Positions 18,040 through 27,807 of a stretch of 64,000 nt of DNA are shown piece after piece. Each line of letters starts with the position of its first letter. The first letter of the stretch is position 1. The stretch comes from an uncultured bacterium. Lineage in GTDB: Bacteria; Verrucomicrobiota; Verrucomicrobiia; Verrucomicrobiales; DEV007. The DNA is taken from contig CAXBMO010000007.1 of assembly GCA_963977015.1 (NCBI GenBank), positions 1-64,000 of the forward strand, written 5' to 3'. A program made the position numbers and the translations under genes. Below the pieces are notes generated by a model. It did not search any database. It had not been told where the DNA came from and saw nothing but the letters and a program-made list of their open reading frames with translations.

Positions 18040-18732
18040 ATGTACGATCCTCTCTATCTAGCCATTCTTGGCATCTCAATGCTGGCCAGCTGGTTGGTAA
18101 GCAATACGCTCCAGCGAAAGTTTGCGAAATATTCTCGTGTGGGTCTCAACGTTACCGGTCGCGAAGTTGCCGAAAAGATGCTTCGCGATGCAGGGATCAA
18201 CGATGTCGAGGTCACGGCCGTACGCGGCCAGCTCACCGACCATTATAACCCGATGAAAAAGACGGTGAACCTCAGTGAGCCCGTCTACGGAAGCAATTCC
18301 CTCGCAGCCGCTGCCGTTGCTGCTCATGAATGTGGTCACGCCGTGCAACATGCAACCGCCTACAGCGCCCTCAAGATGCGCTCGGCGTTGGTTCCAATCG
18401 TAAATGTCTCCACCCATCTTTCCCAGTGGGTGATCATGGCCGGCCTCGTCATTATGGGGATGAGCCAGGGAAAACATGCCTGGGTATTTTTGATCGGAAT
18501 CGCGCTGTTTGCGATGACCACCCTCTTCAGCGTCATCACCCTCCCGGTCGAATTTGATGCGAGCAACCGGGCATTGACCTGGCTTGAACGCAGCGGTATT
18601 GCCCAAGGGCAACTGCAGGCAGGAGCGCGCGACGCTCTCAAATGGGCAGCCATGACCTACGTGGTTGCGGCCCTGGCGTCTCTCGGCCAGTTGCTCTATT
18701 GGATCATGCTCTTCATGCGTTCCCGACGTTGA
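18040..18732 (+). CDS. Membrane zinc metallopeptidase (YugP/Zn_peptidase_2 family)
   Basis: GQLTDHYNP, AAHECGHAVQH, TLPVEFDASNRA, AAMTYV. Confidence 0.9.
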   Translation: MYDPLYLAILGISMLASWLVSNTLQRKFAKYSRVGLNVTGREVAEKMLRDAGINDVEVTAVRGQLTDHYNPMKKTVNLSEPVYGSNSLAAAAVAAHECGHAVQHATAYSALKMRSALVPIVNVSTHLSQWVIMAGLVIMGMSQGKHAWVFLIGIALFAMTTLFSVITLPVEFDASNRALTWLERSGIAQGQLQAGARDALKWAAMTYVVAALASLGQLLYWIMLFMRSRR

Positions 18733-18740
18733 GCCCCCCA

Positions 18741-21140
18741 TTATTGATTGGCGGCAACTTCCTGAGAAGACTTTGGAGGTTCAAAAGACTGAACCAATTT
18801 GCGGTCCTTTGCCGTCCAAAGCCGCAGCACTCCGTCCTGGCCGCCGGCCGCGATCAACGAACCGTCCCGACTCACGGTTGACGTAAAGAGGAAGCCCGAC
18901 GAGCCGCTGATGGCGCTCGTATCCAGTTTGATCGATTTGTCGCCGCTTGTCGTAATCACTTGTTCAGATGCTCCTGAGACAAAGGAAACTGACGTCACTT
19001 CCTTGGACCAACCTTTGAGGGTTTTGGTCTGCTCCCCGGATTCGAGACTCCAAAGCTTCACTTCCTGATCGGCACTCGCCGAAGCGAGATGCCTTCCGTC
19101 TGGACTCCAATCCACGCCAAGAACGTGCCCGGTGTGAGCCTCGAACGACTGAAGGTGCTCCAACGTCTCCGCATCAAACGTTTTCACGAATTTATCCGTC
19201 GAACCGGTTGCGAGCTGACTTCCGTCGGGGGAAAGCACAATCTCGGTGATCGTATCACTATGCGCTTCCACGTTCTCGGCAACGGCGGTAAGCGTCTTGG
19301 TATCCCAAATCTTCAAGCGACCGCTGCGGGAGGGAACGCCACTTCCCGTGATCAACGAATCGCCGCCTGGTGAAAATGACAGCGCGGTGACCCGATCGAT
19401 CAGGAGAGCCGGGTCATCACCATCGCCGATCTGAGTGTGGGCCTCCCAATTTCGCTCGATATTCCAAGCCATCCCCTTCCCTCCCTTGAGGAGACTGATC
19501 AGCTGGTTGGTTTGACCAACTTCGATCCCTTCAATTTCCTGCCCCAGATTCAGACTTTCGAGATGAGTTCCCGAATCAGCCACATAGACCTCCACGTCAC
19601 CCGTTTTGGTCGCGGTGTAGACTTGTGTTCCGTCGGTTGAAAACGCAATCCCGACGAGCGCCTGTTTTGGCAATTCCTCGGCAATTTTCTTTTGCAGGGC
19701 TTCGCGTTGCGCCTTCAAAATCTCCATTGCCGAATCATTGGTCGCCTTCCTGGCCTTCGCTTCTGCGACTTTTCTGGCGGCATCTCCGGTCAGTTTTGCA
19801 GCCAGGTCCCGGTTGCGAATCGAAAGCGATATGGCCCGCTTTGCATTGACCAATTCCGCCTCCGCCGCCTCAAGGTCAGTCTTGGCCTTGTCGAGCGCTT
19901 TCTGCAAATTGGCGTCATCCGGAGCCTTCGTCAGCGCAACCTCTGCCAAGCGAAACAAGCGGTTCTTCTTGGAATGATCGCCGAGTTTTTCTTGATACGA
20001 TTGCTGCTTCGTGGGGATTTCCTGGCCAGCTTTGTCGGCGGCTTCCCCTTCCTTTTTCCAAGCGTCCTCCAGTTTTGGAACCTGCGCGGCATAGATTCCA
20101 CTCAACCGCTTCGCCTGAGCCTCTTCCCGTTGAATCCTCTCGATCTCGACGGCCAGATCCGGAGAAGGCTGATACGTCGCCAAAACTTTGCCATCGGACA
20201 ACTGCAACAGCTGGGCCGGGCCCGATGCCGCGACAAACAATGCCTGCGTCTTTGCGGCGTTGAGGACGACTTTGGTTGGCGTCACGCCTACCGGAAATTG
20301 CTTTGCCAAACTCCAGTCCGCCACCTGGTAAATTCGAATGGTGGCGTCTTTGCCGGCGGTGAGAAGCTGGGAATCCTTGTCGCCCAATCGAATGCGAATC
20401 GGAGCCCCCGCCGGTTCAGCCGGCATTCCTTCGATCGTAACCGGTTCCCTCTTGGTTGGTTCGATCTCGCCCTGGGGCAAAAACTCCGGTCGTTTCCAAA
20501 GCTTGACCACGCGGAACCCGCCGGAGGCCAGAGTGCCATCAGAACTGAAAGCCAGCGAGTGCACGATATCGCGGTGCGCACCTTTTAGATCAGCCGCCAA
20601 GCTATTTTGGCGCAGATCATAAATCTGAACGCCATGCCCCCGCCCCACCGCAGCGAATCGTCCATCGTCAGAAATGGCAACCGTGTAAATCGCAGGACTA
20701 TCGACCTTCAACCAGGTTTTCGGCGCTGCGGCCGCAATGCTTGCCGTCCCTTTCGCCCCTTGATCCACCCAAAGCTTCAGAAGCGCGAGCTCTTCCGGAG
20801 TGAGGTTCACGGCCTTCGATTTGTTTTTCTCCGGAGGCATCACCGGATCCTCAAGGTGCGCAGCCGTGGTGAACAGCAGACTGACCGCCGCGTTCCCCGG
20901 TTCGATCGCCGGCCCTGAATCCCCTCCTTTCAGAATCGCTTCCGGAGATTCCAAAATAAGCTTCGCCTTCGCTTTGGTTTCGTTGTGGCAGGCAAAGCAG
21001 TTCTTCTTCAGAAACGGGACCACTTCCACGTTGAAATCCACCGGAGATTCCCGATTCAGATTCGCAACCGGAAGAGGCTCCTGGCCGTAGACAAGAGACG
21101 CGAAGCAAAGGAAGGCCAACAAGGTACGGACAATGGTCAT
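18741..21140 (-). CDS. Planctomycete-type cytochrome c domain plus WD40 repeat protein with internal coiled coil
   Basis: Signal peptide, NCFACH, MPP...LWVDQGA, WD40 repeats (HTGHVLGVDWSPDG...VKLW). Confidence 0.85.
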   Translation of the reverse strand: MTIVRTLLAFLCFASLVYGQEPLPVANLNRESPVDFNVEVVPFLKKNCFACHNETKAKAKLILESPEAILKGGDSGPAIEPGNAAVSLLFTTAAHLEDPVMPPEKNKSKAVNLTPEELALLKLWVDQGAKGTASIAAAAPKTWLKVDSPAIYTVAISDDGRFAAVGRGHGVQIYDLRQNSLAADLKGAHRDIVHSLAFSSDGTLASGGFRVVKLWKRPEFLPQGEIEPTKREPVTIEGMPAEPAGAPIRIRLGDKDSQLLTAGKDATIRIYQVADWSLAKQFPVGVTPTKVVLNAAKTQALFVAASGPAQLLQLSDGKVLATYQPSPDLAVEIERIQREEAQAKRLSGIYAAQVPKLEDAWKKEGEAADKAGQEIPTKQQSYQEKLGDHSKKNRLFRLAEVALTKAPDDANLQKALDKAKTDLEAAEAELVNAKRAISLSIRNRDLAAKLTGDAARKVAEAKARKATNDSAMEILKAQREALQKKIAEELPKQALVGIAFSTDGTQVYTATKTGDVEVYVADSGTHLESLNLGQEIEGIEVGQTNQLISLLKGGKGMAWNIERNWEAHTQIGDGDDPALLIDRVTALSFSPGGDSLITGSGVPSRSGRLKIWDTKTLTAVAENVEAHSDTITEIVLSPDGSQLATGSTDKFVKTFDAETLEHLQSFEAHTGHVLGVDWSPDGRHLASASADQEVKLWSLESGEQTKTLKGWSKEVTSVSFVSGASEQVITTSGDKSIKLDTSAISGSSGFLFTSTVSRDGSLIAAGGQDGVLRLWTAKDRKLVQSFEPPKSSQEVAANQ

Positions 21141-23620
21141 TTCTTTTCGGGAGGTGCTGTAATTCGGAGGGAAATTGGTGGAGAAAACACGGTAAACTTC
21201 ACATCGCGTTCTTTGGCGCGATCACTCGCCTTCTTCAGTTCCGCAGCCGCAACTTTTTTGGCGGCTTCGGCCTGCTTGACGAGTTCAGCCGCCTTCGCCG
21301 CAACTGCTTTCGCCTGATTGGACTTGGATTCAGCCCCGGCAACGGTTTTCTCCAATTCCGGTTTCGATTCGGCAGTCGCAGCCGCGAGATTCTTTTGGGC
21401 GAGCGACAGAGCCTCCGCAGTCTTGCGAACTTCGGCATCGGCATGAGTTTTTGCTTCAGCCAACTTCTTGGCGTTCTCAGTGATGGCCTTTTGCCAATGG
21501 GTCCATTTATCGACTTCTTCAGGGTTGGTTCGGTATTTCCCCATCACACCATTCGCCTGAAGCAGGAACGACCCTTCGCTCACCATCGGCTTGTTGTTGC
21601 CGTCCACGCGAAAGCTGATTTTCAGAGTTCCTTCGTTATCCTTTTCGGCAATATTGATTGAGGGCGGTCGATTGAAGTTCGGTAAGCCATAGGGGATGAC
21701 GGTGACGTTTCCCTTGATCCCCTTCGCCTTGGTGAGGGTGATCGGCAGATCCAGCTGCTTTTGAATTTCGACTTCCCAGGTTTTCTCTTCTTTCAGAGCC
21801 AGACTCAACGGGGCCGGTTGCGAAGAAACCCGCAAAGGAAAAGTCGACGTCAGGCGAGAGGATAGCCGCTCTCGGGAATAGTCCCTGGCTCCCCATCGCA
21901 GCGTCCCAAATTGCGCATCGTCAACCAGGCTCCCGGCCGTGCCGGTGATCTTCACTTCAGAGTTTGAGTCCTTGACGGAATCCCCGGCGCTCAGGATGAG
22001 CCGAGTCTCCGTCGCCCCCTTCCAAATCTGTGACTTCAGCGCTGTCACTCCATCCGGCAATCCTGAGGCACTGATGTCAATCGGCCCGTCAAATCCGTCC
22101 AATCGCAAGGCGATGACGCGAATCGAGGCTGTGCCGCCAGCATTCAGGAAAGGAGTTCCCGGATCGGCGGTCCTTGCTTCCTGATAGGGTGAATCTGCGA
22201 TTGCAATGAGTTGAAAACGCGGTCTCGCCTCTCGAATCGCGAGCTGGTAACTCTGGAGCGGGCCATAGCTTCCAAAGTTGTTGCGGACTCTTACCCGATA
22301 CTCTCCATCCGCCGGGACCGTGAACAGCATTCCGCCATCAAACGTCCGCGAATCAAAGCCAACCACCGAACTCTGGATCGCGAAATCGTCTACTTCCTTG
22401 AGAATCTTGAAGGTTTCCGTTTCATCTGCAGCGCGGACCACTTGTTCAACGGTGAGATTCGGATCCGTCGAAACTGAAACACGATCCGACAAAACGCCGA
22501 TCCACAGTGACTGATCCTTTTTGGCTGAAAACCGGAAAAAGTCGGAGTCACCCGGGAAATCAAATCGTCCAGCGACTTCGCAGGGCCAGTTGATCGCCTG
22601 TTCCTCAATCTGCGAGTCCTCATGAACCACATCGCTCTCCGCAAATCCTACCCGAACGGAGTTGGAACCCGGAATGGAGAAATTGAACCCATCGACAAGC
22701 TGCCGCATCGGCTTCAAACCGGTCATTGCCCGCGGCTCACTTTGTTCGGGAACGGAAACCTCGATCTCTGCGGTCTCCAACAAGACTCCGTCCTTCTCAA
22801 TTCGCTCCCCAAGGCTTCCCTGAGGCAGATTTCGTCCATAAACCGTAAAGCGTTTTGTGGTTCCCGGAAGTGCGGCCAGGGGAAAGACGGCATCAAGATG
22901 TGGCTTGATCGAAGCGACCAGGCGATAGAAGTGATTTGCGCCACCGAGGTAAAGAAAATCGTTCACCTTGATGATGTAGGCACCATCCTCGGGCGCGAGA
23001 AAATCAGCCAGGGGATCTCGTCCCACCGAATCATGAGCTGCTGCGATGAGTTCGCCCTTTGAATTCATGATACTGAGCGAGGCATCCATGCGAGAATCAA
23101 TCCTCCCCGCCCAGCAGTGAACTAATACCCTTTGTCCCTTTTTCGCTGCGACCTTGTAGTAGTCGGAACCATTCGCGGGAATGGTGGCGCTTACATACTG
23201 TTCCAGCGCAATCTCTTTCGCCGTTTCCACAGATTCATTCCCCCCTCCCTGGATAATCTCATCCGAACCAGAATTGGAACTCACCATGAACATCCGCGGC
23301 GTGGAGACCCCGAATTTCCCTACGACGCGAGCCTCGTAGAGCCCAGCAGGAACGTTAGCATCAATTTTCACCAAAAACTTCAGACCATCCTGCCGCGCTT
23401 CCGGCCAAATTTCATCGGCAGGCAAAAGAACGGGAGAAGCAGAAATGCCGGGGTGGGTAAATCTCAGCTCCGGTTGATCCAAGTCTGTGCCCGTCAAGGC
23501 AACTCTGAATTCCGTGCCGGCTTTGCCTCCCTGTGGCGAGATGTTGGTTAAACTTGGAGCCGGGAACTGCGCCCACAGCAGCGGAACCCCAAAGAAAAAG
23601 ACGATCGCGCAGAGTCTCAT
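21137..23620 (-). CDS. Secreted PPC (pre-peptidase C-terminal) repeat protein
   Basis: PQGGKAGT, D.YKV.AKKGQ, SRMDA, RDP...FLAPEDGAY; Ala/Lys-rich helical C-terminus. Confidence 0.75.
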   Translation of the reverse strand: MRLCAIVFFFGVPLLWAQFPAPSLTNISPQGGKAGTEFRVALTGTDLDQPELRFTHPGISASPVLLPADEIWPEARQDGLKFLVKIDANVPAGLYEARVVGKFGVSTPRMFMVSSNSGSDEIIQGGGNESVETAKEIALEQYVSATIPANGSDYYKVAAKKGQRVLVHCWAGRIDSRMDASLSIMNSKGELIAAAHDSVGRDPLADFLAPEDGAYIIKVNDFLYLGGANHFYRLVASIKPHLDAVFPLAALPGTTKRFTVYGRNLPQGSLGERIEKDGVLLETAEIEVSVPEQSEPRAMTGLKPMRQLVDGFNFSIPGSNSVRVGFAESDVVHEDSQIEEQAINWPCEVAGRFDFPGDSDFFRFSAKKDQSLWIGVLSDRVSVSTDPNLTVEQVVRAADETETFKILKEVDDFAIQSSVVGFDSRTFDGGMLFTVPADGEYRVRVRNNFGSYGPLQSYQLAIREARPRFQLIAIADSPYQEARTADPGTPFLNAGGTASIRVIALRLDGFDGPIDISASGLPDGVTALKSQIWKGATETRLILSAGDSVKDSNSEVKITGTAGSLVDDAQFGTLRWGARDYSRERLSSRLTSTFPLRVSSQPAPLSLALKEEKTWEVEIQKQLDLPITLTKAKGIKGNVTVIPYGLPNFNRPPSINIAEKDNEGTLKISFRVDGNNKPMVSEGSFLLQANGVMGKYRTNPEEVDKWTHWQKAITENAKKLAEAKTHADAEVRKTAEALSLAQKNLAAATAESKPELEKTVAGAESKSNQAKAVAAKAAELVKQAEAAKKVAAAELKKASDRAKERDVKFTVFSPPISLRITAPPEKK

Positions 23621-23647
23621 GATGGATCTAAATTTGAGTGTCCAAGC

Positions 23648-26122
23648 TTAGTGGTTAAAGAGAAACTCCTTCGTGTTGACCAGCGCCCAGAGGATATCCT
23701 CGAACGCTTCTCGTTCCGCCTGCGCCTCGCTGAGTTTTTCATCTGCGGCGGCTCGCCCTCTCTTCTTCTCAAGATGCGCCCGAGCAGCCTGCAACTCGTC
23801 GGGTCTCGGTTCCCTCGAGAATGCATTGAGGTAGAGTTCCGCGATCCTCGATTCATCCGCAACCTCCTTGGCGGAAGCCAACTTTGACGCTCTCCCCGTA
23901 TTAGAGGTCAGCTTGCTTTGAATCGTCGTCGAGTTAATCAGGTGAAGGCTCTGAGCAAGATTCGCATCCAGGGTTCGCTCACACTCACAAGCACTGTCCA
24001 TTTCCGGCCGACCAAATACGCTCAGGAAGTAGACGTCCTTGTTATATTTATCGTCAGGAAGGGCGATCGCACGCGTTCCCTGATCCTGTCCGTTAAACCG
24101 ATCGCTGGTCATGGAGACATCGTTAATGGCATCCAGGAGGACCTCTGCGGGCAAACGCCTTGGATAGTAACGGGAATAGTTTTGCCGATCATTGGTATTG
24201 TACCCATTTGGCTCCGCGCTGAGTTGATACGTGTGACTGTTGCAGATCACCCGAATCAGATCCTTGAGGTCATAACCGCTCACCACGAAGTATTCAGCGA
24301 GATCCGCGATCAATTCCGGATGCGTAGCCGGATTCGTTACCCTCATGTCATCCTCCGGCTCGACAATTCCTCGACCGAAGAAGTGTTTCCAATAACGATT
24401 GACGAGCATCTTCGCGAAATAAGGATTGTTCCGGTCCCGCATCCAGTCCGCCAGCGCAAACCGCGGATCATTTTCCGCCGACACAGTGACAGCCTCACTC
24501 CCCAACGGCGTTGGTTTCAGTACCTCCCTGGTGTTGGGATTCTGCGAACCGGCGTCGCGCCGCTTGTGGTAAACGATCTGTTCTCCAGGCTGCTCACCGG
24601 GCTTTTTCTGCAAGGTGGAAAAGAAGGCGGTAAAGCCGTAATAATCGTCCTGGCTCCACTTCTCGTAAGGATGGTGGTGGCACTGCGCGCACTGCATCCG
24701 AATCCCGAGGAAGACTTGAGCAACATCCTGCATCTGCTCTTTCGAGTCACTCACCGTCCGATACCAGGCTACCGGAGGATTCTGGCCCATCTCACCAGAC
24801 GCCGTCACCAAGTCGCCCACAAACTGATCAAAGGGAACGTTTTCCGCCAGGTTGTTTCGAACCCATTGATGGAAGGCGTAGGTGCCCCGGGCGTACTCAT
24901 CTTTGGCCCGCTTGTTGCGAAGAACGGCCGACCACTTGTTGGCAAACCAATCCGCATATTCCGGAGAATCCAGAAGTGCGTCAATTTTGGCGGCCCGCTT
25001 ATTGTGATGGGTATCCGCGAGAAACGCCTCGGTCTCTTCCTGGGTTGGCAATCGCCCGGCAATGTCCAAGGTGACACGGCGAAGAAAGGTCGAATCCTCC
25101 GCCAAGTGCGATGGCGGCAGCCCAAGAAGATCCAGTTTCCGGAAGATATGATGATCGACAAAGTTTCTCGGCTTGGGCAAATCGACGGGCGCTCCCAACG
25201 GGATGTTGGCGATGAACACACCAACATGCTCCTGGAATCGAACCATGATTGAAGTGCTCCCCGGCAATTCCTTGAGTTCGACCAAACCGGACTCATTCAC
25301 ATCGGCCATTTCCTTCTGGTTCGCTTCAAACTGAACCGCCCGGGTCACGTCCTTCTGTGTGCCGTCCGAATAATGCGCCGTGACAATCAACTGCTGTTTG
25401 GATCCCGACCCTGCTGTTCGTTCTTCCGGAAAAACCGCGATCCGCTCAATCGTTGGGTCGGTTTCGCTGCCATACGGCATTCCCTGGCGAATCCAACGCG
25501 ACAAGAACTGGTAGTCGTGACTGCCCAATTCGAGCCGGGCGCCCCCACCATGCGGAATTTCTCCCGTCGCTTTCGTCAAGAGCAGGCTGTGCTCCGGGGC
25601 GGCGGGAAAAATCCGGCGCCCGCGACCTTCGTTGATCAGGTAATCGTAATCGTTCCACGGTTCATAGCCAAGAAGCGACAAGCGGAATCCATTTTGACCA
25701 CCAGACTTGCCGTGACAGCCACCACCGTTACACCCGTACTTCGTCAGAATCGGAACCACCTCATTGCTGAAATTGATGGGAAGTGGTGATTGGCATTTTT
25801 CGACCTGAACCTCGATTGAGGCTGAAGAATGCCCCGAAACCGTCACCGTGATCAAAGCTTTCCCATTTCCAATCGGTCGAATATATCCCGGATCGATGAA
25901 CTCAACGACTCCCGCGGGTTTCACGGAAAACGAAGCTTCATGGGTAAAGTCTCGTTCGCCTATTGAGGCGACAATTTGCTGACGCGCATCAGGGCCGACC
26001 AACTGGATCACGTCTCCTGAGCCGTTTCGCCCGGAAAGAGTCAACGGCTCTGCCAATGCCAAAGGAGTCAGGATGAACAAAAGTGAAGCAACAACTGGGG
26101 TTTTCATAAGTTCGGGATTCAA
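23648..26122 (-). CDS. DUF1549/DUF1553 protein with Ig-like (Big_2) domains
   Basis: CNGGGCHG, FLRRVTLDIAGRLPT, CAQCHHHP, VNRYWKHFFGRGIVEP.DD, EFLFNH. Confidence 0.9.
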   Translation of the reverse strand: MNPELMKTPVVASLLFILTPLALAEPLTLSGRNGSGDVIQLVGPDARQQIVASIGERDFTHEASFSVKPAGVVEFIDPGYIRPIGNGKALITVTVSGHSSASIEVQVEKCQSPLPINFSNEVVPILTKYGCNGGGCHGKSGGQNGFRLSLLGYEPWNDYDYLINEGRGRRIFPAAPEHSLLLTKATGEIPHGGGARLELGSHDYQFLSRWIRQGMPYGSETDPTIERIAVFPEERTAGSGSKQQLIVTAHYSDGTQKDVTRAVQFEANQKEMADVNESGLVELKELPGSTSIMVRFQEHVGVFIANIPLGAPVDLPKPRNFVDHHIFRKLDLLGLPPSHLAEDSTFLRRVTLDIAGRLPTQEETEAFLADTHHNKRAAKIDALLDSPEYADWFANKWSAVLRNKRAKDEYARGTYAFHQWVRNNLAENVPFDQFVGDLVTASGEMGQNPPVAWYRTVSDSKEQMQDVAQVFLGIRMQCAQCHHHPYEKWSQDDYYGFTAFFSTLQKKPGEQPGEQIVYHKRRDAGSQNPNTREVLKPTPLGSEAVTVSAENDPRFALADWMRDRNNPYFAKMLVNRYWKHFFGRGIVEPEDDMRVTNPATHPELIADLAEYFVVSGYDLKDLIRVICNSHTYQLSAEPNGYNTNDRQNYSRYYPRRLPAEVLLDAINDVSMTSDRFNGQDQGTRAIALPDDKYNKDVYFLSVFGRPEMDSACECERTLDANLAQSLHLINSTTIQSKLTSNTGRASKLASAKEVADESRIAELYLNAFSREPRPDELQAARAHLEKKRGRAAADEKLSEAQAEREAFEDILWALVNTKEFLFNH

Positions 26123-26134
26123 ACGTTGGGAGGC

Positions 26135-27481
26135 TTATCCGATGAGTTCCTTGAGCGGCTCATATTGAGGATCGACCAGATATTGGGGGCGCCCGGTCAG
26201 GTCCTGAACCGTGACCTTGCGGGCATCGATTCCAAGGTTGTGATACAAGGTCGAAAGCACCTCCTGGAAATGAACCGGCCGCTCGACAGCCTCACCACCG
26301 AGCCGATCTGTCGCGCCAATGACCTGACCGCCGTTCATGGCCCCACCGGCAAGAAGCGCACACGAAACCCGGGGCCAGTGATCCCTACCCGCATTGTTGT
26401 TGATCTTGGGAGTGCGACCGAATTCTCCCCAAACCACGACGGAGACGTCGTCACTCATTCCGCGTTGCTTGAGATCCTCAAGCAACGCGCTCAACCCCTG
26501 ATCCAGCATCGGAAAGTCTTCTCGCCCGCGTTTAAAGTTTCCACTGTGCCAATCCCAACGGCTAAACCCGAGCGTTACCACCCGCGCTCCAGCCTCAACC
26601 AATCGTCTCGCCATGAGGAATTGGTCCATCCGCTTCCAACATCCATCCGCACGCAGGACATCGCTTCCCCGACCATAGCGCTCGCGGGTCTTCGGGTCCT
26701 CATCGCTCAAATCCAGCGCCGCAGCCAACTTGCTCGACGTCAACACCCCAAAAGCCTGCTGATTGAAGGTGTCCATCCCTTCCATCATTCCGGAGCTATC
26801 GACGTTTCTTCGAAATTGATCGAAGCTCCCCAACAGCGCTTGCCGGTCCCCCAGTCGTTCCAAGCTGATTCCCTTGAGGACCATGTCTTCCTTGCCCCCT
26901 CCCCGGAATGGACAAAACGCAGCGTAGCTGGGCCCAAGGAATCCGGCCTGGCCGGGATCGCCCCATTCGTCGTGACCGCACTTCGGCGACAGACCAACGA
27001 ACGGCGGTGCCGCGCTATCAGCGGCGCCTTGAAGTTTCGAGACCACCGCCCCGATGCTCGGCCAGCCTCCAGGAGGCGAATTCGTCACGCCATGACCGGT
27101 CAGACATTGCTGCGCATCATGCCTCCCCGTGGCGCCAACGATCGAGCGGATGACCGAAAACTGGTCTGCAATTCGAGCCAGCTGCGGGAACTCTTCGCAG
27201 ATTTGCATGCCCGCCACATTGGTGGAGATCGGGCGAAATTCTCCTCTCACCTCACTCGGAGCGTCCGGCTTGAGGTCAAACATGTCCTGATGCGGAGGGC
27301 CTCCGGGAAGAAACACCATGATGACGGCCTTGTGGCCACGTTTCCGGGAAGTTGCCGATTCCGCCTTCAGGATTTCAGGAAGTCCAACACCACCCATCGC
27401 CAAGCCTCCTACCGTTAGAAAACCTCGTCGGCTCAAACCGTCACAAAATCGGCCCTGATCGCTGGAGTGAATGGTAAGCAT
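26135..27481 (-). CDS. DUF1501 family protein (Tat-like signal)
   Basis: [51 protein letters not shown]; start placed at MLTI. Confidence 0.9.
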   Translation of the reverse strand: MLTIHSSDQGRFCDGLSRRGFLTVGGLAMGGVGLPEILKAESATSRKRGHKAVIMVFLPGGPPHQDMFDLKPDAPSEVRGEFRPISTNVAGMQICEEFPQLARIADQFSVIRSIVGATGRHDAQQCLTGHGVTNSPPGGWPSIGAVVSKLQGAADSAAPPFVGLSPKCGHDEWGDPGQAGFLGPSYAAFCPFRGGGKEDMVLKGISLERLGDRQALLGSFDQFRRNVDSSGMMEGMDTFNQQAFGVLTSSKLAAALDLSDEDPKTRERYGRGSDVLRADGCWKRMDQFLMARRLVEAGARVVTLGFSRWDWHSGNFKRGREDFPMLDQGLSALLEDLKQRGMSDDVSVVVWGEFGRTPKINNNAGRDHWPRVSCALLAGGAMNGGQVIGATDRLGGEAVERPVHFQEVLSTLYHNLGIDARKVTVQDLTGRPQYLVDPQYEPLKELIG

Positions 27482-27807
27482 TTTGGTATCTGTCTTCGAG
27501 GGAGCCAATCCCCGTGGGTAATTCACGAACTCCCTTTCCCCACTCTTTCAGATCGAGCCCGATCAAATGATTCCATTTCAGACCCAAAAAGGTCAGCAGA
27601 ACCTAGACACTTGCCGATTTAGTTAAAAATTAGCATTTTTTGATCCAACCGAATGGGCGCAATCGGCTTTTTAGCTCGAAATTTTAAGTTTTCAGCACTC
27701 GGAAGCGTCATTTTTGGTGTTTTTATCGCAAATTTGCCAATCTTTGTGCTTTCCATTCCTCAAAAAGTAAGGAAACATCTTCCCAGTTTCAAACCCGCCC
27801 CAAAATC

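Noticed and set aside
23918-27418. Long plus-strand ORFs 23918-25252 and 26126-27418
   Set aside because: Antisense shadows of well-supported DUF1549 and DUF1501 genes in GC-rich sequence
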